A DNA stretch of 64,000 nucleotides from Phoronis australis (lineage: Eukaryota > Animalia > Phoronida): the NCBI GenBank assembly GCA_002633005.1, contig NMRA01000006.1, forward strand, positions 1,649,742 to 1,713,741. Direction: 5' to 3'. The position numbers were made by a program, and so were the translations under genes. Below, piece by piece: positions 50,064 through 61,478 of this stretch. The notes beneath the pieces are model-generated. The model had not been told where the DNA came from. It saw only the letters and a list, made by a program, of their open reading frames with translations, and did no database searches. Each line of letters opens with the position of its first letter. Position 1 is the stretch's first letter.

Positions 50064-50237
50064 GAACTTGCTAGACTTGAGAAGGAGCGACGTATGAAGG
50101 AGACTAGCCAACTGAAGTCACTGGGCCAGCCGACCACCACCAGTGCACTGGATGATATACCATGGGCTGAGGATGATGATGATATACAGTCAGCATTTGT
50201 ATCCTTCTCCCAGCCGATGCAGCCTCCTCCACCCAAG
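50064..50237 (+). CDS. scrib: Scribble exon (ELARLEKERRMKE..LDDIPWAEDDDD..QPPPPK)
   Basis: ttacag|..|gtagt, 174 bp, phase 0-0. Confidence 0.87.
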
Positions 50238-50767
50238 GTAGTGTTCACAAGGAGTGTTGTGGTTCATGGGTAATGGGCACACGACTTTTCTATGAAATGG
50301 ATTGCATTCCAGATGGTTGTGAGTTTCTACTAGTTGTATTGTGGGCTTTGGAAACAGATGCAAGATCTTGTGTTATGTTGGTGTGGTCGTGTGTGATTGG
50401 TTCATTGGGACAATATTATAGCCTTGCTGATCGTACACTAGGTTTAGGTACTATTTCAAAATGTTAGAGCTCTCTCTGCCTTGGATAGATAGAAAATAAT
50501 GAAGGGGTGGTAATGTGAATCTTAGGCTTAGAAAGACAAGTTTGTTCCACCAGTCATGGTTGTTTAAAGGGGCAATTCACTGCTTTAAAAATGCTACCGT
50601 GCACACCCAATGTTGAATTGTTGCCGAACAAGCTTGCAACTCACCTCACAGTCATTATGTACGTGTGCCATTTACGAATGTGCCATTATGGGGTTGATTG
50701 AGTCACCGGTGGTTTTGATGTTCTTGAGGTATCGTTCGCATGCTCAAAGTTGTTTTTCGTTTTAAAG

Positions 50768-51094
50768 CCAGAGCCAGTGACAAAGAGTCAGCTACCGATG
50801 CCTGTGTCGCGTTCATCAATGGCGGGGACTGTCACACGATCCCAGCCCACAGAAACGACCAAGGTGACGCAGTACCGGCCCAAGTCAACCAGCCAATCAG
50901 GGTCCAACATCCCGTCCTACCGAGGCTCGACGTCATCCCTGGGATCGTCATCATCGCGTCTACCAGGTGACATCACGGTCGTCAAGACGACGACCGTGGT
51001 GAAGCACATCCACCCCGAACAGCTACCACATGGTGGTCGGAGCTCATCATCTTCGTCAGCGAGTAGCCCTGTATTTGCTCACAAGTCGCCCGTG
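50768..51094 (+). CDS. scrib: Scribble Ser/Thr-rich exon with SQLP, SNIP and SRLP motifs
   Basis: tttaaag|..|gtaag, 327 bp, phase 0-0; within ORF 50750..51148; acceptor position less certain. Confidence 0.83.
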
Positions 51095-52337
51095 GTAAGA
51101 GTTAGTAAAAGCAATCATGGCTTGTCACTTTCAAATAACCATGCATAGTCATTGTTGGTAGTAATTGATTCCCATTATTGTCGTCCCGCACATGCACACC
51201 TGATAGGCAGGAGTGATGCTAGTATTGCCATGACATTATAGACATTCTTTTTGTTAGCTGTCCAAACTTCTGCGGTTTTATGCAGTGAAATTTCAGTGTA
51301 GTCATTTTTTCTTGGAATAATGTATTCTGAATTATGCTATAATAAAATGTGTGTGGGATTCCAAAGTTGCACTGGAAGACTCGCTAACCAAAGAATGCTC
51401 ATTGTGTTAAGTACCCTCAGTTATATGTAAACAGATGGCACTGTCTGGATATGTCTATCCAGGCAACACAAAACCAAGCTTGGTGCGTCTCAACGTAGTC
51501 ATGCAAAGCTCATCCTATTGCACAGTAGGGCTACTAACTGTAACTGTGAGTTTGCAGAAACTCTAAATATAGTCGAATGTTTGACTTTGAATTTACTATA
51601 AGAAGGGTTTGTGAAAAGTCCTTGAATTTTTTTAAAGGTAACTGAAAGCTCTATATATAGTGACGTTGACACTTTGTGGAATCTTATGTTATGTCAAAGA
51701 ATCTCGTGTTTGTTATTCATATGTCAGTTCCTAAGGAATTAAGTGTGCATATCAAAGTGACATGGTGTTTTTTGTAATATTTGAATCTATGTGGGAGTTG
51801 TCCATCGTTTATTCTGCTGTGTTGTTTTAGCATTTATACTTGGAGTGCAAAATTTTGATTGAATGCTTGAATTTTGCATTAACTAGCCTGGCCTGTGGAT
51901 CAATTTGGGCATGTTGGCCTATGCTTGCACAGAGGAACTCTGTGTGCTTTTTTTAAACATTAAGTTCATTTTGGTACTGTATTTAATTCGGGATTGAAAT
52001 TCAGCCTCTGTAACAGCATGGGTGCAGCTTTGGTTATGTAATTTGGTTATGTAATTTTAATTGGAAAACATGTTAGATATCACATTTCCTTCTAATGGCT
52101 AGAACATTCTGGTACTAAAGTCTGGCCTCGAGCTATGAGAGGTCAGAGAACTAACTTTTGTTCAAAGAGTCTAAATTTTCTTGTTTTGTCCTAACTGCTA
52201 ATATTTATTACCTTTTGTCAAAGAAATTGATTTTAGTAGTGAAAATCTAGTCAAATCTGTTCAAAACTTTTGACATGGGACTTGTGATGTCCAATCATAA
52301 CTTAGCTAACTAACCGTGCCATTATGCTTGCACACAG

Positions 52338-52496
52338 CCGGTGCCATCTACCACGCCCACTAAAGTGCCTCCTCCTGTCAAACCTAAGCCCAAGTTACGA
52401 CCTGTCGACCTCAGCAGTAGCAGCGAGGATCTGCTTGACCCGGTCAGGTGCGCGCGCCGTCCGTCGGCTCAAATTGTCGCATCCCCGCCTTCCGAG
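52338..52496 (+). CDS. scrib: Scribble Pro-rich probable cassette exon (PVPSTTPTKVPPPVKPKPKLRPVDLSSSSEDLLDP...PPSE)
   Basis: cacag|..|gtaac, 159 bp, phase 0-0; alternative in-frame donor after 52442 (gtcag); flanked by CTAACTAAC and GCATG motifs. Confidence 0.75.
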
Positions 52497-53633
52497 GTAA
52501 CCAAGCATTTCTAAAGCGTGTGACACGTTTCGGTGCGTTTCGCAAGGCCGCAGCATGCTTTCACTAACTAAAACAGTTGTCATGCTTGCCGCATGCTTAT
52601 TGCTGCTTGAGTTGATTGCTGTTGTTCTAGTGTTGCATTTGCTTGCCCCTAATAGCATCTGCTTGCAATGAAGAGTTCAATCCAATGCCCGTGTCCTGCT
52701 ATGTCCCCCTTCCCTTGTACATAAACATTTCCCACCCTCTGTCTGTCCTTGTTGCGTCCTGTTCAAGTCTTGTTCTCCGTCTACTGAAATGCTTTGAAGG
52801 TACAGTGCATGACAAAACTAATCAGATGAAATAACATTTCCGGTTATGACAGTCACTTCTCCCAAATGCTAAAATAGCTGGTAATGATTGTCATGTCAAC
52901 TAAATTCTAATTACAGAAAGGCTAACTTTCTCGTTAAATCCCCCTTTTGTTTTCGATCGTTATGGAAGGGTACTCTGAATCTGAATTTGACTTGGACCCT
53001 GTCATGACGTGGAGTTTTGTCATTTTGTCTGAATGGTTTTGGCGTGTACTGTTTAGTAGAGATTGTGCCAGAGGAGTTTCATTTTTGGAAAACTGCTGAA
53101 CTGAGAGTTCGCCGGAGTGTGCGCGTGCGCGTGAAAGATGCCACAATTCACATTATAAATGCCAGCTTTGCGCAGATACGCCATGCTGAATTCTAGTAAT
53201 GTTCTCGTGAAGAGAGAAGGTACCTCAGAAGAGCATTTATCATGTAAAATGTGGTACGTTTGGTACAAGGTGCCCTCTACATATGTATGACTGTAGTATG
53301 GAGTGTAGAGGCTCGTGAAACTTACGTTAGCTGTGCATACGAAAGGTACGTGAGCTGTACTAAACCGTAGTTAGCGTGACTAAACTATGACCAGCATTGT
53401 ACTACTAATGTGTTGGAGCTATGGAGCACCGCAATAAAAGCTTGTAATGCTTCAATGGTAGGTCTTGTTTTATTACGTTCCCTTCCCAGTTCAGTTCAAT
53501 TTGACCAACACGAATTAACCGCATGATGTAACACAACCGACTGATGGGTGAAAAGGAGTTTAACAACGGTAACATCAACTTGTGGCTGCTGCCGCATTGT
53601 CGAAATGTCTATCCTGGTCGTGTATGTTGACAG

Positions 53634-54476
53634 AACAAGAAAACATTCGATGGGGCATATGACTCGCCCAGCAAGCGAGCGTTCTCGTCCATACCAGTAT
53701 TTGGTGGAGATGTCACGCCAGTCAAGAGAGCGTCGAAAATGGAGCACAGTCCAGTGGCTTCTCCGAGGCAGTCTGCAATACCCGTTGTGAGAGGTTCTCG
53801 GATTCCATCCTCCTCCTCCTCTAAGTTAGTTGCTTCCCCTAGGTCTGACCCATTTCAATATAGTGATGACAGCTTCGATGGCCCTGCTGAAACACATTCC
53901 CATCAGTCTTCTTCGCCATCTGTTGACGCTGTTTCATTGGAGGTCGATAGAAGACAGGAAACCTACGCCCCGCATGACACTGCATTCAGTTCTCTGTCTT
54001 CTGCATCTGGAACTGCTCTTAAAGAAACTCCGGTTGTGGCAGTCAGTTCTATGCAAGAGGTTTCATGTCAGGATGTACAGTCAACTGGCGAGATGGTTGC
54101 TGAGGTTCCCCCTGTCCGACCGTCTTCAATTCCAGCGCCATCCAAAAGGCCCACTCCTGTGCCTCGGTCCTTGAAATCTGGTAGCATTAAATCTGGCATT
54201 CCTAGCCCAGGTCAATCCGTCATTTCTAAGAAATCTACAGGGGAATTGCCCAGTCCAGTTTCGCCTCTAGCTAGTTCTAGACCTGCTAAAACACCACAAC
54301 CTGCGTCAGCACTGCCCAAGCCTAGCATCAAGACACCAACAAAATCTGTAGGCTCTGGTATACCAAGGGCATCTCCATCGGGATCGAAGACGCCATCGCA
54401 GAGCTCTGAGACTGGCATAGGAGCCATGTCCCTCGAGGACCAGCGACAGTCTGGTATACCTCGGCCTGGTACCAAG
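53634..54476 (+). CDS. scrib: Scribble large Ser/Pro-rich exon with eight SxIP/SxLP motifs
   Basis: tgacag|..|gtaagt, 843 bp, phase 0-0; in frame with ORF 53739..54545. Confidence 0.88.
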
Positions 54477-56334
54477 GTAAGTGGTACATGGTCCCTGTCT
54501 CCTGCTTTAGTCTATGCCTTTCAGTTGCTGGAGTTCTGTGCCTGAGTATGGCTTACTTCAGCTTTGTTTTTCATTTCCTTTCCTTTCCTGTTGGTGCGGG
54601 CGTCTTTGAACTCTTTGAAAACTATAAAATCTCAGTAGAGTCGTTGTCATTTTGGCTTCGCTTGCGTGAGGTAAACCTAAGGTTGTACTTTGAATGTAAG
54701 TCAGCTAGATCTGTCATTCATTTGGCATTGTCGCTTGATTTGCTTTTTGGTTGAACCAGTCATCTGGTGCTTTCTCCCTTTAATTTTCTGCTTCAGACTG
54801 TTTCAGTTTCAGTTTCTGGTAAAATTCCAGTTGCACTACCACTGAAAAAGGTGTAATCGAAAAATTTCTCACGGTTCTAGTGGTCGTACGCGTGCTTTGC
54901 TACAAGAGTAGCTTGATGGTGGTGTAGACATTGATGCATGACGAGTCCTATGCTGTTCTAGCTCTTAAAACCATGTCCATGTGCATAGACAGGCAGATTA
55001 TGTAGGACTTAATCACACAGTTTAAAATCGCGGTGGCAGTGTGACTCGGGCTTTAATGGAAGCAAAATGTAGCTGAGTTTGTGTGATGTTGGTTTGATAT
55101 TGAGTTATTGAAAAGCGAACCAATATTTGGAAAACAGTGTATTTTTTCTGTGTTTGAACTTAAAGTGGATTCGCACATTTCTCATAGTACTTGCTTCTCT
55201 TATCAAGACGTTCGACGTGTCTAAACATCAAGGGAGTTTCGGATGGTAGTGATGAGTTTGTGCAAGATTGATTAAAACTGAATGCGATGTATGAAGAGAT
55301 CATTTCTATTACTGGACCTGCGAAAGTTCTTTTGATGATTTGACCTCAGAAAGTTAAATTTTTTTATTTTTTAGAGTGACAGGTGTATGTTTTTAAAACT
55401 TTCTTCAAAATGCTGGTCAAAATAACTTACATAGACAAGAAATTTTGGAAGTTGGAGTTGATGGAAGGGCATGGTGAAAACGATGAAATATGTTTCCTTT
55501 TGAAAGTGCTGGTAGTTCTGGAGGACTCCAATATTTCATTAACTTAATCTCTCACAACTACTGTTTATTTTAAGTAGATATCTATTAAAAGTAACTCCCG
55601 TTTGGTTTCCATATCGACTATCACGTCATAGGTAGGTTCCAGCCCATACCACGTAATTAAAGTTAGTTTTGCATAAGATTGCATGGAGGCATTGCATTAA
55701 CACCAACCATGCCAGTGTGGATTACAAGATATAAGGTAACTGTGCTATGACATTCTGGGGGTCATTTTTGCAAAATAAGCTCAGATCCCAATGCAGGCTT
55801 CACTTCACTAATTCTGATGACCTCATTAATAAAAGTTAAGTAGTTGAAATACGGTTATAAGCACTTTTGAAATTTCCGTCGTACTTGGGCAATGTTGTGC
55901 TTGATATTTGAAAGCTATTTTGTGAACTTGGCCCTAGATGTCTCCCCCATAGCTAGCTGCTTGTCGCATGAATCACTGAAATGCTCTCAGAATTACCTTA
56001 ACTATATGCTTTGCCCAGTAGAAAAACTTAGTCTTCTTCTGGTAATATGTTGTCTAAACTCAACCTGTTATTATTTATTGTGTGTTTTATGTTAAATGTG
56101 TTTTGTGGTTCGTTTTTCCTTTCAGTTTCCAATTTAGAAATTAATGAACACAGTTGTTCACGTTTAGTGTAATCCTTCCTAATGCTGTTTTAACTTTCAT
56201 TTTTCAAGTCGGAAATCTGTTAATCTCACTGTTTTCTTCGATCTACTGTTGAACAATTCTAATAATTATTGTGTAGGTTACGTGCGAGTTGTTTAGATGA
56301 TAATGTCTCCATTGTGGGTATGCTGTGTTTTCAG

Positions 56335-56407
56335 GGTGATGGCAACCTGTCGTTTAGCCAAAAGAAAACTTATTTTGAGAAAGAAATTGAAGCTCAGACT
56401 ACTCCTG
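56335..56407 (+). CDS. scrib: Scribble exon with LSFxxKxxYFE (SADH/spectrin-binding-type) motif (GDGNLSFSQKKTYFEKEIEAQTTP)
   Basis: tttcag|..|gtaag, 73 bp, phase 0-1; resembles vertebrate Scribble LSFRERQKYFE as I recall it. Confidence 0.9.
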
Positions 56408-56752
56408 GTAAGAACTGTATGGTTCGTGCTCATTCAATTGTTTGTTTATTGTGAAGAGTGATTAAATTCACCAAATGGGCATTGTGTTGTGTTTGTTTTG
56501 AGGAACTGCTTATGGCGATACATGTAGTGTTTTAGTTCAAATTTTGCGTAGCACTACAGGTCCTCGGTGCCTTGACTTTGGAGCCGAATACTGGCCCCAC
56601 TCCGCTATGAATTTTTTAAAATCACGTTAAGTTCCTCTCGTCAGTCCCAAAAGTTCCTCACCAATAATTAAAAAATTCCCCTCAATGTTCACGGTTGGAA
56701 TCACTTGTGCAATATGTTTTGGCTACTTGAGCCAATATCAATGAGGGGTTAC

Positions 56753-56993
56753 CAGGGCTTGGAATTTTCCCCTTTTAAAAGGATTTCCTCCTTTGGTTTC
56801 GATTTCCTCTTATTTGATTTCTAGTTTACTCTTTTTGTCTCTTTTTATCATTATTTTAACTTTATTCATGCGAAAACGTTTATTTTTCTTAAATTCATTT
56901 TACACCACAAAAATATTTCTATCACATAAGCCTGTGGAATGATACACCACCTGGAAAATTTTCCTCTTTTGTCATTGGTCATTCCAAACCCAG
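56753..56993. mobile_element. MITE family B copy 3
   Basis: cagggcttggaat..attccaaacccag, TSD ggttac; 3' part similar to copy 1. Confidence 0.82.
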
Positions 56994-57161
56994 GGTTACA
57001 ACGAGAAGTGGTGGAATATGGAATTGATGGTGACCAGAGCCTCACGGAAGTTATAGGTACCTTTCCCCATAAGTGAGTGAGGGCCCTGCCTTGCAATAAT
57101 AACACGCTGTTTATTTTCAAACGAGTGTAAATTATCTGATTTGTTATGAATTGTGTTCCAG

Positions 57162-57186
57162 AAACTTCCGATGGTCTGTCTTCAGG
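57162..57186 (+). CDS. scrib: Candidate 25-nt microexon (ETSDGLSSG)
   Basis: ttccag|..|gtaagt, phase 1-2; in frame with the acceptor at 57673. Confidence 0.65.
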
Positions 57187-57672
57187 GTAAGTTCATTTCT
57201 GGTAGTGTTTTGTTGTTTAGCTATTATTGCATTTCCAGATAACTTAAACTTGCAGTCAGTTCTGCCTTTAATAATTGTTGTTTTGCTTACTTTTGTGTTG
57301 AACCAGTGCTTATTGTGTGTTAAATTACTGTGAGAGTATTTTATGTACTGCTATCGAGATCTCTCTGTTGAACTTAACCTCACGGGGTGTTGGCTTAATA
57401 TACTGCATGTGGTCTTTTTCTTTGCTTATTGCAACTTATCTGGGCTGAGATTTCTTGCTGAAAAGCTGTACAGATCATGTGCAATCGCTGGCCAGTTCTC
57501 TAGTTCTTTTGTTCATGCTTCTCAAAAAGAGGAGAAACGACCTTAAAGATAGAGCAATTAACCACCACAGAATTAAGATTTTCAGTCTTTGAAAAGTGAG
57601 ACAGCCTTGCGTGTGCATCTTTCTGCATTCCCCTCCTTCAGGGGAAGTTTCCACTTTCTTTCGTCATTCTAG

Positions 57673-57816
57673 TATTCCTGTGCGCAACGCAAAACTCGAC
57701 AAGAGTCGATTACCAACCAGGGTGCCCGGTAAAACGTTGGTCACGTCCGATAGGTTGACCGCAAACGACAGAAATATCAAGGAAGCTGAAAAGCGGGCAC
57801 GAGAGCGAGTGGCAAG
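57673..57816 (+). CDS. scrib: Scribble exon (IPVRNAKLDKSRLPTR..EAEKRARERVAR); alternative upstream acceptor at 57642
   Basis: ttctag| (phase 2) or cttcag| (57642, phase 1) ..|gtctg; EAEKRA..AR is the conserved Scribble C-terminal motif. Confidence 0.85.
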
Positions 57817-58297
57817 GTCTGCTTAATGTTTCTAGTTTCACTGCTGTGTCTTTCCAAGTTGTTGTCAAACAGTTTTCTCTGCCAAGCTCTGCGGTATGTC
57901 ATGGGCAATTGATGTCTCGAAAACAGAATGACTGCACCCCCTGGACCAAAATTAGAACTGTTGAAAAAAATGGCCTATTAATGGGAACTGGGCACATCGC
58001 AGCAAAGTGTGTCTGAGTGTAAAAACTGATTATTTAGCTGTACCATCAGCTAAAAGTGTGTGCAGTGGTTATGGAGAGGTCAGTTCGCCCATTTTACTCG
58101 GTCCTGTGTGGCATTTCCTTTCACATCCACACCAAGTGCCCTTCTTGTTTAAGAAAACCTCTTTTCCTAGTTTCACTCGCATCAGTATATGTTAATGTTT
58201 TGTAAAATTGCAGCTGTATTATTTTTGTTGTTTTTGATTGAAATAAAAACTATGAACTTTCTTTTTTTGTTAGGTTGTTCATCGCTCGTATTTCCTG

Positions 58298-58388
58298 AGT
58301 TTCATTTTCTGTTCAAAGTTATGTAGTTACTGCTGCATAACTCAGTTCATTTTCTGTTCAAAGTTATATAGTTACTGTTGCATAACTC
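58298..58388. repeat. ~45-bp tandem duplication
   Basis: agtt(t)cattttctgttcaaagttat(g/a)tagttactg(c/t)tgcataactc twice. Confidence 0.85.
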
Positions 58389-58667
58389 TCAGTGCATTTT
58401 GACACTCTTGTCGTGACTTAAAATCTATCTAATAATTGTTATAATTAGATTTCTCTGCAACTCCGTTTTCTTTTCAATGTTGTTCTAAGCATCTTCACCC
58501 TTTTCAGGTATGTACAACACGTTGGTGCACCAAATATCTCCTTTGTATCTACCTATAATGTTAATTTCTGTCACCACACCGTCTTCCTTGTATAAAGTTA
58601 TTATAAAGCATGATTTAGCATTATTGTAAACTATATTTGTCGGTAACAAGGGTTTTGTTGTTGGCAG

Positions 58668-58729
58668 GATGAAATCTCTTCAAAATGAAAATGCAAGTGA
58701 CAGCCAAAGCGATTCCAAGACAGATGAAG
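58668..58729 (+). CDS. scrib: Scribble exon (MKSLQNENASDSQSDSKTDE)
   Basis: tggcag|..|gtaat, 62 bp, phase 2-1; completes ARMKSL. Confidence 0.9.
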
Positions 58730-59906
58730 GTAATTCTGACTTGAGACACTCATACATTTTGTGGGAGAATGCAATGTCCTATGTGAGAAGTGTCTTTGTT
58801 CCATGGGACGTGGGTTTTGAAAGTTAATTATGGCTAATTGAACTATTGTTTTGGAAAATTTTGTATTGAAACGAAATCGTCACTTTTATCTGAATTGGTC
58901 TTAAAAGATTTACAAATTTTTTAGAAATCTCATTTTATTTGAGAATGTATAAAGTGTTAATTTAGACTTACCACAACACATGTCGACTCATGTTCACTCT
59001 GTTTTGTTAATGAAGAAAATGCCCATAGGTGTCACCTGTGGTCTCTTGAAATTTGACTTCGGACTTAAGTCAGCAATTTGGTCTTACTCTCCACACAACT
59101 GTTAATGAAAATAATTAAATCTTGCTTCAGCAAAAATGCAAACTTCCTGCGAGGAGATACACATGACTGCTAGGTAGACATATAATTTCTATAAATTATT
59201 ACTACACTGTAATGCACTCATAATTACTGGACTAAGTTTTTAGTCTGTAGTCTAAATCACTTTCATGATGAAGAACCCTGATTAGCTTAAAAACTGAAAT
59301 GTGTTCGTCAGCACAGGGGTGTTTGTGATAAGATTCACAACTTGAATACATTCTCCAGTACAGTTAGGGCCTTAGTCTTAATGGGAGACAATTTTCAGTA
59401 GAGAAATTTACCCTAATAAAAATCTGTGTTACAAAATTGAGGCTTTTTTGATTGAGTGAACAAGTCATGTGAACGCGAAAGCTTCTGGCAAAATAGTACA
59501 AAGCAGTAATGGTAGTCTATGTTTCGCTACAAACAGAAATATAAGTATTTCAAAAACAATTTCATTTATTTATTAGCTTTAATTGGGTTATATCAAGTCA
59601 TGCTGTCAGGCCAGGTAAAATACATTTTACTTACCAAATCCAATCTTGGACGACATCTTTCCTTTTTAGAAAAACCACATGGTGAAGAAGTTGCCAGCTG
59701 TTTGTCGTGCTGTTTCTTTGAAGCCTTAATTAAAGGCGAATGCCACCCGATTTAGTTAGTCTTTTTTGCCGTCTTAATCGGCCTATTTCCACATCGCCTC
59801 GCGTACGGTCGACCTTACCTTGCCAAGAGGTGTCGCGTTAACCTGTGAGGAAGGTGAGAAACGACGCTAGCGACGTCAATGGTTCATATGCATAGTGAAT
59901 GTCGCT

Positions 59907-60086
59907 ATGTTGCGGTGTATCGTTCCCGCTTGTCCGAACTAAGCAGCTGCGAGGAAAGCGAGTATATTGTTTTTTTTTACTTCCTCGAGAGTCCGAAATG
60001 CTTAGGAAGTGGCTCATGGTAGTGAAGAATGAAATGAACACTGTAAATATCAAGTATGACACCTCCGTACGTGTCTGTGGCCTGCA
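59907..60086 (+). pseudogene. Decayed THAP zinc-finger N-terminus of a transposase
   Basis: MLRCIVPACPN*AAARKASILFF/LPRESEMLRKWLMVVKN..SVRVCGL: CxxxxC..P..W..C pattern with a stop and a frameshift; truncated at the His. Confidence 0.75.
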
Positions 60087-60087
60087 G

Positions 60088-60305
60088 ATCGGACAACGTC
60101 GACAGTGCCTCACGAATGTCGGGCTTACCAAATAACTCCATACGTTCCGTTGTCTGAGCTTGTTCACGTCGCCTATTTAGTATTTCTTCATCACTGTATT
60201 CCTGTTCGAATTGATAGCCTGTAAGACTTAACAATCGATCCACCTGCGAAGTCGGGATTGATGAGCCGCTCTAGCTCGTCCTAAATCGGGATTGCGAGTT
60301 GCCAT
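60088..60305 (-). pseudogene. 5' remnant of a convergent second transposon ORF (GYQFEQEYSDEE)
   Basis: ORF 59977..60243(-) begins with a YQFE.EYS motif resembling the N-terminus of Kolobok second-ORF / P2X7-tail-like proteins (recalled). Confidence 0.45.
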
Positions 60306-61449
60306 GTTGGCGTTTATTAATGACCGTTCTGCTTCAAAATGAATTATTCTCACTCTAACCAATACTTATATAAATGTGAAACAAAGTCTGTCTCATTAGA
60401 TGTAATTTGAAATGCTTTTGGAGTGTTCAGTGCACGAAATGATTTGAGAAGCCAGCAAGATGAATAGTCACTGCGTTACCGGCTTTAGGTGCAATAAAAC
60501 TAATTGACGGGACACCGAGGCCGTGTGAGCTCTAAGTGTTTGCTGGCAGAAACTGTTGTGAAACAACTCGATTTCCATCCCACGACCAGGTGTTAGGGGA
60601 AACTTTATTTACATTTACATTACTCAAATAATGATTGTCCAACTTCTAGCCTGACGGTGCTGTGGCCAAAGCGGAACTGAATTCGCGGCCCCCGACGAGT
60701 AAGTAGATTTGCAGTTTCGTGGCTAATTCACCAACATAATCACGTGCACATTACTTTGGCTCACTAGTATAGTTTTTTCTTGACTGGAAGTTTAGTTTTC
60801 ACTGAACTTTGCCTGGTTTGTTCGTGTTTGTGATCAGTTTCCGGGCCACTGGCCGGGATAACGAGCGTTTTGTGTTTAGAACTCAGAAAATCACAAGTCT
60901 AAACAACACAGATCTAGGTTCTCCTGTCTGTATGTCACGGAAAATTCTTCGAAATTATCTCCAAACACATCCCAAACTCCTGCTACGGACCTTATTGGCC
61001 TGCCGAACTTTATAGGCTACGGTGTGTCCAAATACCAATAAATCCGTAAGAGCGAAATAAACAACACGTTTTTGTAAGAACTCGGTGTAATTGTAAGGGT
61101 TTTACATCGAAGTTTGATGATTTATTGGTGCTAAACGATGACTCCAAGCGATAAGCTGACACCAGTAACCCGTGTTGTGAACTGCTGAACAGAACGCGTG
61201 TGAAACCGATGACGTAATTGGATAATTTCAACACCTCCGTCTGCCGTCAGGTGTCAGGTAACGGAACCGCACGTGTCGTTATGGAGTAGAACTACTCGAT
61301 CTAAATTGATACAAATTAGGTTGTTTTTTTGGGTGGCATGATCCTTTAAGTCCTGAGGGCTGCTTGGACAAGATACTTTATTGACATATATGCTAAGGTT
61401 CGCACAGTTAGCTCTATTACACTTCTAATGTGAAACAAATCATTTTCAG

Positions 61450-61478
61450 ATGGTGTTGGGGAAGATGGCTCGCTTAAG
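61450..61478 (+). CDS. scrib: Small 29-bp exon (DGVGEDGSLK)
   Basis: tttcag|..|gtacg, phase 1-0; needed to keep frame between 58729 and 61963. Confidence 0.75.

Larger units (their letters stand above)
59734..61345. mobile_element. Internally deleted Kolobok-like DNA transposon (1.6 kb)
   Basis: TTAA on both sides; imperfect TIRs aggcgaatgccaccc / gggtggcatgatcct; CpG-richer than flanks; contains a THAP remnant. Confidence 0.8.
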
